Source: a virus (Duplodnaviria > Caudoviricetes). Taken from it: a DNA stretch of 64,000 nt. Shown piece by piece: positions 30,701 to 38,884 of the stretch. The notes beneath the pieces were generated by a model that saw only the letters and a program-made list of their open reading frames with translations, ran no database searches and was not told the origin of the DNA. Location of the stretch: positions 1 through 64,000 of IMG/VR virus record IMGVR_UViG_3300028888_000047; one strand, given 5' to 3'. The position numbers and the translations under genes are program-made. Each line of letters begins with the position of its first letter. The stretch's first letter is position 1.

Positions 30701-30975
30701 GTAGAAACGCTATTAGGGCTTATAACGAAGCCATTGAAAAGGAAACGAGACAGAAGATTCAAGAGCTTTTGTCAGCAAATAAAATGTCGTATGACTTCAC
30801 CGTTGATTCACAGGGATATATTGAGATAACTGTTGAAAACGGTGATTGGAAACATGACCATATTGCATTAAAGCATATAATGAGAGAGGCGGGATATGTT
30901 CCATTTGGCCGCCATATAATTGAAGATGATGATTGTGGCGATGATTCATTCTCGGCAATTTATCTTTATAGATAA
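30697..30975 (+). CDS. Hypothetical protein
   Basis: GDWKHDH motif; 4-bp overlap. Confidence 0.7.
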   Translation: MSRNAIRAYNEAIEKETRQKIQELLSANKMSYDFTVDSQGYIEITVENGDWKHDHIALKHIMREAGYVPFGRHIIEDDDCGDDSFSAIYLYR

Positions 30976-31026
30976 TGTTCCACGTGAAACAATAATAAAG
31001 CAATAGGTACTTAATTAAGTATAATT

Positions 31027-31872
31027 ATGCAAGGATTAAAAGATTTTAAATATTCAAACGATAAACACATTGATTTGTTTTTTGTCAATTGTGAGGAAAC
31101 TCCGTATAGCCGTAGGCAATTGCTTTCGGAAATGCCAGCGTTTATAAGTTTCATGGAGCGTTTCAATTGTTCATTGGACGAACTGTGTGAGATTCTTGAT
31201 ATGTATGGCATTAGAGATTCAGATTTGTTTGAATATACCATAATTGCAGGAAATTATCCTATTGCCAAAAAATATATTTACACAGTAAAATATGTGCAAA
31301 ATGGATGGCAAGGCCAAAAAAGAGTTGAAACGTATCATGATGTATATTTGACTTGTAATCAATATGTAACTTTATCGCTTGATACTGTTGCAAATGAATT
31401 GATTAAAAGGCATTTTCCTTATCTTGCAGTAACACCATTTACAAAGGTTGAAAAAAGGTTTAAGGATAGTATTAAAAATCTTCCAAAAACATTACTAGCA
31501 AAGGTATCTAATTTAAACACCTTTATGCTATTTGAAAACGATTTAACAATTGGTGATTTAATTAAACTGTATACTGAAGGAAACTATGCTGATATAGAGA
31601 TTGAAAAACCCTTATATTCTGTATATTCAGAACATGGCGATATTTACATCACTTTGGATGAAAATAAAGGTGGTTGGACATTAAATTTATCTTACAGCAT
31701 ATTAGCAAATAAAGATTGGAAAGCCATTGAAGATAAGCACGTGTTTTCTATCTGCTTATATGATGAAAATGGCGAACGAATAAAAGGCAAATGGTTTGAT
31801 GGAAAGCAAAAAGATGCACCATATTTCAATCATCCATTGGTTAAGGAACTAAAGAAAATACTTACAACTTAA
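31027..31872 (+). CDS. Hypothetical protein flanked on both sides by GTACTTAA palindromes
   Basis: 281-aa ORF; palindromes at 31007 and 31877. Confidence 0.8.
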   Translation: MQGLKDFKYSNDKHIDLFFVNCEETPYSRRQLLSEMPAFISFMERFNCSLDELCEILDMYGIRDSDLFEYTIIAGNYPIAKKYIYTVKYVQNGWQGQKRVETYHDVYLTCNQYVTLSLDTVANELIKRHFPYLAVTPFTKVEKRFKDSIKNLPKTLLAKVSNLNTFMLFENDLTIGDLIKLYTEGNYADIEIEKPLYSVYSEHGDIYITLDENKGGWTLNLSYSILANKDWKAIEDKHVFSICLYDENGERIKGKWFDGKQKDAPYFNHPLVKELKKILTT

Positions 31873-32006
31873 TAGGGTACTTAAATAAGTATATTGCGTT
31901 AAATAAATGTTAAAGTTATAATTTTATTTGATTATTTAAAAAAATATTATTATCTTTCAAGCGTAAACAATAAAACAATATTAATAATTAAGGAGAAATA
32001 AATCCT

Positions 32007-32300
32007 ATGGGAAAGAAAAAAGATACAACGGAGATTCTTAACGAACTCAAAGAATATATTGGCAAAGATGGCCAAGTGGCATTTGAACATGGATTCAGGA
32101 AACCAACGTTCAAACTTGAAGGATATAAGTACAAGTGTACAATGGTTTCTTATAAGGTAATGTTCGGATATAAATACTATCCGGTTACCAACGAAAAGAG
32201 AACATGTAATTACCCTTTATCGTTCCTTAGCTATTCAGTGCTGAACACTCTTTTAAAAGCAATTAAAAATTACGAAGAATACTGTAAAAAAGAAGCTTAA
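32007..32300 (+). CDS. Hypothetical protein
   Basis: Promoter at 31951. Confidence 0.7.
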   Translation: MGKKKDTTEILNELKEYIGKDGQVAFEHGFRKPTFKLEGYKYKCTMVSYKVMFGYKYYPVTNEKRTCNYPLSFLSYSVLNTLLKAIKNYEEYCKKEA

Positions 32301-32306
32301 TAAATT

Positions 32307-32522
32307 ATGATAGTAAGCAAAATTAAATGGGAAACTGACGGAAACACTGTAGATTTGCCAAATGAAGTTGAAGTTTCTGATGGGTTAAACGATGACCAAA
32401 TATCAGATTATCTTTCAGATACTTACGGATGGTTGGTTGAGTCATTTTCAGTACCAATGACCAATGATGATATTGACGGTTTCGGCTGTTATGTTAATAA
32501 AGTTGAGGGAATGGTCAGTTAA
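32307..32522 (+). CDS. Small acidic protein
   Basis: IKWETD...LP...ISDYLSD.YGWLV.SF pattern. Confidence 0.7.
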   Translation: MIVSKIKWETDGNTVDLPNEVEVSDGLNDDQISDYLSDTYGWLVESFSVPMTNDDIDGFGCYVNKVEGMVS

Positions 32523-32670
32523 TTAATAAAATTTAACCTAAAAAATTTCTTTTTCTCAATAATTATTTGTATCTTTACAACACGAAATAAAAGGGAGTGG
32601 TTGATGAAATAAACAAACCTCAGTAGGTTTTGATGTTCACCTATTCCGAGCACGAATTAGACGTGCTCAA

Positions 32671-32744
32671 GGGCTCGTAGCTCAGTTGGTTAGAGCAACA
32701 GACTCATAATCTGGAGGTCGTAGGTTCAAGCCCTACCGGGCCCA
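32671..32744 (+). tRNA. tRNA with CAT anticodon (Ile2 or elongator Met)
   Basis: Cloverleaf GGGCTCG/CGGGCCC, loop CTCATAA; lacks initiator features. Confidence 0.9.
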
Positions 32745-33221
32745 CAATTTAGCAAACGCATATAGGTAGTAGCGACTATCTATGTTTGCTATTTCAAGGA
32801 CAAAACCTTTTTTAAATGGGCGTTGCAAACGTAAGGGGAAGAGCGTTTGCAACGTTTTTTATTAACCCATTCAATTAACATTTATTAACTAAAATAATTT
32901 TGATATGTCATTTTTTATTATTATCTTTGAAGTGGGCAACCAGGAAAAGCTCGTGAGGAGGCGTTGGTGAACTGTAAATAGTTCGAATGTTAATTAAATG
33001 TTAAAGTGGTAATTTTATTTGTTTTTTAAAAAATAAATTATTATCTTTCAATCAAAGAAAATAAATAAGGAGATATTAATTATGGCATATAGAGATAAAA
33101 TAACGTTGCATATCTATTGGGATGATGGTGTCACTGTTGAATGCCGTTATTTTCCATCAAAGAAAGCTGCAAAGAAATATGCAAAAGACAATGGTTGCGT
33201 TGGTTATAAAATTGATTAAAT

Positions 33222-33617
33222 ATGGCAAAGGAGTTAGTAAAAAACAAAAACATTGAGAGCAGTATTAACTATGCTGATTCTTTAATGATTGCTATTGGCG
33301 AACTTGAAGCAAAGGCTTTAAGTGAGTGTATGAACTTCTTAAAGGGGCTATTATCTCTTAATGGCGGAAAGATTGAGTTTCACGAATACGATGTAGATGG
33401 CATCCAAACTGATGACAACTGTTTCTACGTTAAATACAACGGTGGGGCGCATCCTGAATATGCTTCAAATTGTTTCTCTGATGTTAAATCGGTAGTCATT
33501 TATGGCGAAAAAATCTATCTCAATATCGAAGATTGTGAGGAATATCCAATAGAAGAACTGGATGACAGGGAAGTTATTGATATGTGCTTATACATTTATT
33601 CTAATTTAATGGATTAA
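33222..33617 (+). CDS. Hypothetical protein
   Basis: YNGGAHPEYASN motif; operonic. Confidence 0.75.
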   Translation: MAKELVKNKNIESSINYADSLMIAIGELEAKALSECMNFLKGLLSLNGGKIEFHEYDVDGIQTDDNCFYVKYNGGAHPEYASNCFSDVKSVVIYGEKIYLNIEDCEEYPIEELDDREVIDMCLYIYSNLMD

Positions 33618-33619
33618 AT

Positions 33620-33841
33620 ATGGCAAAGGAATTAACAAGAACAGGAGTTGTTGGTTTAGAACTGACAAGGGAAGAAGTAAACGATGTCTTGGGAGCAGTT
33701 AAGTCATTAATTCGCAAGGCTCAGTGCCGTGAAGTAAACGAAATTGTGTTAGACCAACTTTCTCACATTGAGGATGAACTTGATGCTGTGGATAGCACTC
33801 TCACTGGTATTTTGGAGTTAGACGAAGATGAAGAGATTTAA
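33620..33841 (+). CDS. Acidic hypothetical protein
   Basis: Operonic ORF. Confidence 0.7.
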   Translation: MAKELTRTGVVGLELTREEVNDVLGAVKSLIRKAQCREVNEIVLDQLSHIEDELDAVDSTLTGILELDEDEEI

Positions 33842-33999
33842 AATATGAATGATAGAAGATATTATGACCCAATTGATGGGCATAGAATTTCCCCCCATTC
33901 AGCCGCAAAAACACGTAGTATGAGGGAGATTAAGAGTGATTTTAACAAGCACTTGCAAAATCATTGCAAATCAAAAGTTAAACGTTAAAGCATATTAAT

Positions 34000-34308
34000 A
34001 TGAGTAAGGAAACAATTAAAATGAATCAAATCCGTATAACGCGGATAGGTCTTAAAGAAGTGCTCAATATGGCTGAGCAAGTGTCAAATTCGCATCGTCA
34101 CACCATTCGAGAGAATTGGAATAAGGAGGATGACAAGGATTGCCGTAAGGCGTTGTATAAGGCTCATAGAGGGCTTGCAAAGAGTCGCGCCATCGTTCGT
34201 GAATGCCAAGCTCAATTGCGTGCCACAAAACGCGAAATAAGAAGGCTTAATTACCTACACGATTTCCGCTTAAATGCCATCGCTGAGCATAGAAGCATTT
34301 TTGAATAA
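34000..34308 (+). CDS. Basic coiled-coil hypothetical protein
   Basis: 102-aa ORF. Confidence 0.7.
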   Translation: MSKETIKMNQIRITRIGLKEVLNMAEQVSNSHRHTIRENWNKEDDKDCRKALYKAHRGLAKSRAIVRECQAQLRATKREIRRLNYLHDFRLNAIAEHRSIFE

Positions 34309-34450
34309 AGTGTTAAAGAAATGTTAAAAATTGGATTTCATTTCTTTATCCAATTTTTTTCTTGTATATTTGCAATGTTGAAAGACAAAAAGATAACGAA
34401 TTAAGTCGCCAAGCGTCTGACCGCGTAAGTCTATATGCTTTCAACATCAT

Positions 34451-34529
34451 CGCTGAGAAGCTGAATATTGGCAAAAGCGCAAGGTGGTAAAACATCTTGA
34501 AACAATAGGTTCAAATCCTATCACAGCGG
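34451..34529 (+). ncRNA. tRNA-like RNA 1 (extended anticodon arm, TGGTAAA tip)
   Basis: CGCTGAG/CACAGCG acceptor, GCT/AGC D stem, ATAGG-TTCAAAT-CCTAT T arm. Confidence 0.6.
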
Positions 34530-34535
34530 CTTATT

Positions 34536-34638
34536 TGTGCTTTACCAAAGAAACGGAGGTAACTCTAGGACAAATGGGGCTTATGGTAAATAAGCTGATT
34601 CTACGGAATCTTCACAGGTTCGAATCCTGTAGGCACAA
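34536..34638 (+). ncRNA. tRNA-like RNA 2 (Tyr-GTA-like, expanded D loop, G33)
   Basis: TGTGCTT/AGGCACA; GCTTA-TGGTAAA-TAAGC; GATTC-TACG-GAATC variable arm; ACAGG/CCTGT T stem. Confidence 0.8.
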
Positions 34639-34644
34639 CTTATT

Positions 34645-34747
34645 TAGAGGATACCAAAGAAGTTGACGCAAGTCTAGGACAAATGGACCTCATGGTAAAT
34701 GAGGTGATTCTACGGAATCTTCAAGGGTTCGAATCCCTTTCCTCTAA
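34645..34747 (+). ncRNA. tRNA-like RNA 3 (paralogue of RNA 2)
   Basis: TAGAGGA/TCCTCTA; CCTCA-TGGTAAA-TGAGG; AAGGG/CCCTT; stems covary with RNA 2. Confidence 0.8.
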
Positions 34748-35128
34748 CAAAAAAACCATATTTAAAACCTCCTTTCTTGAGCGGTTGGCAACGGGTTCAC
34801 CCCCAATGCTGACCGCTTTTCTTGTATATATACATTTGCTGGCTTGCACCGTACAACGGTCTTCTGTGGCCTGGTTTTCCCACCACAAAGATAATCATTA
34901 TATTTTAAATTTCAAAATATATTTTGTTAAAAAAAATTAATTAAAAAAGATTTTTATTTTAAACTTTATTAACTAAAATAATTTGGTAGTGTGTAGTAAT
35001 ATTACTATCTTTGATGTGGGATTTCCAGGCATTCTATATACCACGAGCTGTTGTGCATACAAAAAAAAAAGAGTCAATAGCATTAAGCCATCAACCCTTT
35101 TTGAGTATAATATGAAAGAAGATTTTCT

Positions 35129-35305
35129 TTATTTTATTTCAAGAATTTGTGATACTTGCTCGTCGCCAATAACAAATTCGTTTGCATCAGCATCTTCCGC
35201 TTGCGCCCTTGCAGCATCAAGAGCGTCGCCCTCATTTCTAAACTCTCCTTCTACCACTGTTGTATAGGTGGCATTATAATTAAGTCTAATTGTATATTTT
35301 GCCAT
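35129..35305 (-). CDS. Small acidic protein (58 aa, MAKYTIRLNY...)
   Basis: Manual translation; last gene of the minus operon. Confidence 0.65.
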   Translation of the reverse strand: MAKYTIRLNYNATYTTVVEGEFRNEGDALDAARAQAEDADANEFVIGDEQVSQILEIK

Positions 35306-35329
35306 AATTCGATTTAGTTTTTTTTCTAG

Positions 35330-35683
35330 TTATTTCCAAACTGCTTTTTCCTTATAATGCTTTGTTTTGGTATCATATTCAATACGAACACCATCACGCG
35401 CCATTTCATTGAAAGTCTGCATTATCTCATATATGGTAATGTCATCCTTTTCTTCAAGGCCCATGTAATCTCGGATTTCATCCTGCATTTCGCTTGATTT
35501 ATTAACAAATTCCACCTTTGGGAATTTCATGCAATACTCGCTGCCACGATAATTTGGGCAATAAGCGAAGCCATCATAAATCTCAAATTTAAGTTTGTTC
35601 TTAAACCCAAGAATTGTAAGCTCCTTTTCTGCAATCATTTTGCCGTGTAGCAACTCTAAATCTTCTTTACTAATTCTTTCCAT
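35330..35683 (-). CDS. Hypothetical protein
   Basis: 117 aa; promoter at ~35722 (reverse). Confidence 0.7.
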   Translation of the reverse strand: MERISKEDLELLHGKMIAEKELTILGFKNKLKFEIYDGFAYCPNYRGSEYCMKFPKVEFVNKSSEMQDEIRDYMGLEEKDDITIYEIMQTFNEMARDGVRIEYDTKTKHYKEKAVWK

Positions 35684-35784
35684 TATATATTTAATTGATT
35701 AAAATTATTAATGTATGTAGCAAATATACAAAAAAAACGCGATAGAAACAAATCTACCACGTTAAATAATGTTAATCAACTAAA

Positions 35785-36438
35785 TTAAAATTCCAATACT
35801 ATATTACTTAATAACTCATTATATTGTTCTTTGGTTATATATCCAATGCCACAAGCAGTTCTAAGATGCCTTAACTTGTATGTTTGATTCCAAGGCGCTT
35901 TAACCACTTTATAATCCTCAACAGCTTTCCAATTACTAAATCTAGGGTTTAATTTGTATATATTCTTACTGGGAGCAACAGCAGCACCATAGCGCTCGTA
36001 TTTCATTTTGCATACAAATACATACTCATATTTGGCAACCTTTTTTTCAGCCATTTTCTCCAATACAGCGTTTGATATTCCACCACCGACAGGATTTGTA
36101 CGTGTAATTGTTAAGTTAAATTTTCTACTTAATTCAGCAGCCATTTCCTTCCATTTTCTGCCATGCGAAGATGTATCTTTAATACCTTTATACTTGATAT
36201 AATAATGCAACATTTCATGCACAATTGTATCAATATAAGATGCAATAGGACGGTCATAAAATGTGCTAATACGTATGGTATAACCCATTGATGTATAACC
36301 CAATCTCTGCCATTTAAATTGGCCCAACATACGTCTTGTCTGCATCAATTCAAATGAAGGAACAGGCAATTCATTATTAAATGCCTTTTCGTTCCATTCA
36401 TTGAATAACTCTTTTATTTGTGGAATTGTTATTGACAT
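35785..36438 (-). CDS. SprT-like zinc metalloprotease
   Basis: WN..AF...HEMLH...SHG..WK. Confidence 0.8.
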   Translation of the reverse strand: MSITIPQIKELFNEWNEKAFNNELPVPSFELMQTRRMLGQFKWQRLGYTSMGYTIRISTFYDRPIASYIDTIVHEMLHYYIKYKGIKDTSSHGRKWKEMAAELSRKFNLTITRTNPVGGGISNAVLEKMAEKKVAKYEYVFVCKMKYERYGAAVAPSKNIYKLNPRFSNWKAVEDYKVVKAPWNQTYKLRHLRTACGIGYITKEQYNELLSNIVLEF

Positions 36439-36647
36439 GATGGGTTCGCTAATAATAACTTGTGAAAACTTTCCTTTAATGTTTTTTTATTTCCATTTGC
36501 AGGAACCGTAATCTCCATGATGGTTTTTTCATCATCATCAATTATTTCACTACTCCCATTGAAATGAATCATAGTGTCTTGTGGAAGGCTCTCAGCCATT
36601 TTAAGCCCTTCCAACAGCATTTTCTTTGTTAACCATACATTTGCCAT
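36429..36647 (-). CDS. Hypothetical protein
   Basis: Promoter TATCTTTC at ~36681-36688 (reverse). Confidence 0.65.
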   Translation of the reverse strand: MANVWLTKKMLLEGLKMAESLPQDTMIHFNGSSEIIDDDEKTIMEITVPANGNKKTLKESFHKLLLANPSCQ

Positions 36648-37033
36648 AATATAAAACCTTCTTTAATTATTTAACTGCGTGAAAGATAATAATAAAATAT
36701 GTAATAACCAAATTTTATTTCAACTTTAACATATTATTAACATTTAATGTATACCATATTATATTACATAATAAAATGAAGTTAAATATATTCTCCTCCA
36801 TATCAAGCTCAATTGAAAATCAATAAGTTACAACGCCGGATGTGAAATATCTGTTTTGCCCACTCCAAAGATAATAATAATTTACCAAATAACCAAATTA
36901 TTTTTTCACTTTAACATTTATTTAACACTTTATATACTATATGTTAAAGTTATGTTAAATGCTGATATTTATTTGTTTTTTTTAAAATAAAATGTTATCT
37001 TTGCAAACGAAATAAATAATAATGTATTTAAAT

Positions 37034-37855
37034 ATGGTTCAAAAACTTAATTACACGAAAACGTTAAAAAACCTAGGTATAGCTTACTTAGGTAAGCATT
37101 CTCAATCTATGAAGATGCGTTTGTCGGAGGCAAACGGTACTGTTACTTATTGTTTGTATTTAGCGCCTTGGAATTTGTCAGGCTATCAAGTTTGTCCCGG
37201 TGGTTTGCATTGCCACAAATTTTGCCTTAATGGTAGTGGCTACAATAAAGCTGATGTATTAGCACGCGGCATTAAAGGTAGTAAAATTAATCAAGGTCGT
37301 ATTAAGCGTACAAGATTATTCTACGAAAATAAGCCGTTGTTTATGCAATTGCTTATTCACGAAATAAACAAAACACGTAACTATGCCAAAAAGCATGGAA
37401 TGGAGTTTTCAGTTCGTCTTAATGGCACAAGTGATTTATCGCCAGAAGCTTTTGTATATGAAGGAAAGAACATTCTTGAAATATTTCCTGATGTACAATT
37501 CTATGATTATACAAAGGTATATAATAGAATAAAACTGTTATCAAAATATAATAACTACTATCTTACTTTTAGTTATGACGGCTATAATATTGATGAATGT
37601 AAGAACTTCTTAATAGGTGGTGGAAACGTTGCTGTTGTGTTCGCAAATCAAGAAATGCTTCCAATGAAGTTTATGGGCTATCCTGTTTGCGACGGTAACC
37701 TATTCGATATGCGCTATTTGGACCCCAAACAACACGTCGTAGGGCTGCACTATCACACCACAGCTGCAAATTACGATAAACAAGGTAATTATATTGCTCC
37801 TGATGATGATTTTGTAATATCAGACGAAAATGATTTAATTGAATGGTATGCATAA
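37034..37855 (+). CDS. GP88-family (radical-SAM-like Cys-motif) phage protein
   Basis: VCP....C...CL, VRLNGTSD, QFYDYTK, LTFS, NVAVVF. Confidence 0.75.
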   Translation: MVQKLNYTKTLKNLGIAYLGKHSQSMKMRLSEANGTVTYCLYLAPWNLSGYQVCPGGLHCHKFCLNGSGYNKADVLARGIKGSKINQGRIKRTRLFYENKPLFMQLLIHEINKTRNYAKKHGMEFSVRLNGTSDLSPEAFVYEGKNILEIFPDVQFYDYTKVYNRIKLLSKYNNYYLTFSYDGYNIDECKNFLIGGGNVAVVFANQEMLPMKFMGYPVCDGNLFDMRYLDPKQHVVGLHYHTTAANYDKQGNYIAPDDDFVISDENDLIEWYA

Positions 37856-38021
37856 ATAACAGGAAAAGGGTACTTAATTAAGTACCTTTTTTTCTTATAA
37901 TATAATTTCAAGTTTAACACTATTTCACATATTTTTAGAAAAAATATAAAAGTGTTAATTTACTTGCATATATCAATTTTATTTATTATCTTTGGGATGT
38001 AATTCAATAAATAATTAATAT

Positions 38022-38387
38022 ATGGAAAAATTAAAGACAATTGATTTAAACCCTGTTCAATTATCAATTGAGCCAAAAACAAGGCTTTTGGTCGTTAAGC
38101 AAGGCGACAATATGGTGAAGATTACACGAGACAGCGTAATCAACATGAAAAAGCTCCGTGAAGGGGGTTTTGAATCAAATGTGTTCACTTCTACCTTATC
38201 ACCAAGAAATCGCTTCACAATGGCTGAAAATGGCTCTATCACCATTGTCTGTAAGGATGACTACGAGGATAATATTGTGCTCATCGCCAACCATAAGAAG
38301 TTGGATGACTTAAAGCGAATTCAAGACTTCGTGGATAAAAATAAGGCAAGAATTGCGTGGGAAAGAGAATTTAAAGGGAGGTATTAA
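38022..38387 (+). CDS. Hypothetical protein
   Basis: Own promoter at ~37987. Confidence 0.75.
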   Translation: MEKLKTIDLNPVQLSIEPKTRLLVVKQGDNMVKITRDSVINMKKLREGGFESNVFTSTLSPRNRFTMAENGSITIVCKDDYEDNIVLIANHKKLDDLKRIQDFVDKNKARIAWEREFKGRY

Positions 38388-38627
38388 AAAAACCTCCATC
38401 TTTCCTTCTTTTTTACAGATTTTTTGTGTATATTTGTACACAAGAGAAAGAAGTTTTGGGGCAATAAAAGCCATATGCTTCAGCAGTATACCTAATTGTA
38501 ATTTGGTATCGTCTGTTTCTGTAGGTACTTAATTAAGTACCCCTATAGTATACTGCACAAATCTTGCGTCAAAGTATATACAAATTGTTGCCCCTTTATA
38601 TGTATACTGTTTAATAAAGGAGTAACA

Positions 38628-38867
38628 ATGAGCAATAAAATTAATAGATATAGGGAAGTTCAATCCACATCGTTTGAAGAATTCTTCAATGCAGTAACAG
38701 ATACAGGAGTATGTGAGTGCTGCGATAATTATGAAGAGTGCGTCCAATACATAGGACAGGATAATATTGTAACAGTGTCAGGTAATGGATGCTCAGGATT
38801 CGACTCTTCAATAGAAAACATCAAAAAGCATTTCTTACTTGAGAAATGTGTCCCCATAGGTACTTAA
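38628..38867 (+). CDS. Cys-containing hypothetical protein
   Basis: 79 aa; stop lies inside a palindrome copy. Confidence 0.6.
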   Translation: MSNKINRYREVQSTSFEEFFNAVTDTGVCECCDNYEECVQYIGQDNIVTVSGNGCSGFDSSIENIKKHFLLEKCVPIGT

Positions 38868-38884
38868 TTAAGTATATATGTACT

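Larger units (their letters stand above)
16402..36873. repeat. 16 alternating inverted TATCTTTG-NN-RTRGG promoter-like elements
   Basis: Plus cores start at 16402, 17861, 19519, 23478, 25510, 30038, 32922, 35006; minus cores end at 17281, 18948, 21061, 24548, 27356, 30359, 34893, 36873. Confidence 0.9.
16470..37995 (+). promoter_or_regulatory. Family of host-type early promoters: TGTTAA-N5-TGTTAA...TTTG-N~19-TATCTTT(C/G)
   Basis: Seen upstream of most cassette genes (e.g. ~16522, 17980, 19061, 19638, 20253, 21174, 23598, 24660, 25629, 27478, 28259, 30472, 31951, 33042); matches the Bacteroidota -33/-7 consensus. Confidence 0.8.

Noticed and set aside
32585-32670. Hammerhead ribozyme upstream of the CAT tRNA
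   Set aside because: TGATGA is present, but the complete CUGANGA/GAAA core with three stems could not be built; only a GAGCACG/CGTGCTC hairpin is clear
30103-34940. ORFs 30103..30360, 34484..34666, 34683..34940
   Set aside because: They overlap tRNA or tRNA-like genes and terminators
16402-36873. CRISPR array or integron attC array interpretation of the repeats
   Set aside because: Spacing is kilobase-scale and irregular, orientation alternates, there are no GTTRRRY-bounded attC hairpins, and no cas or integrase gene is in the window
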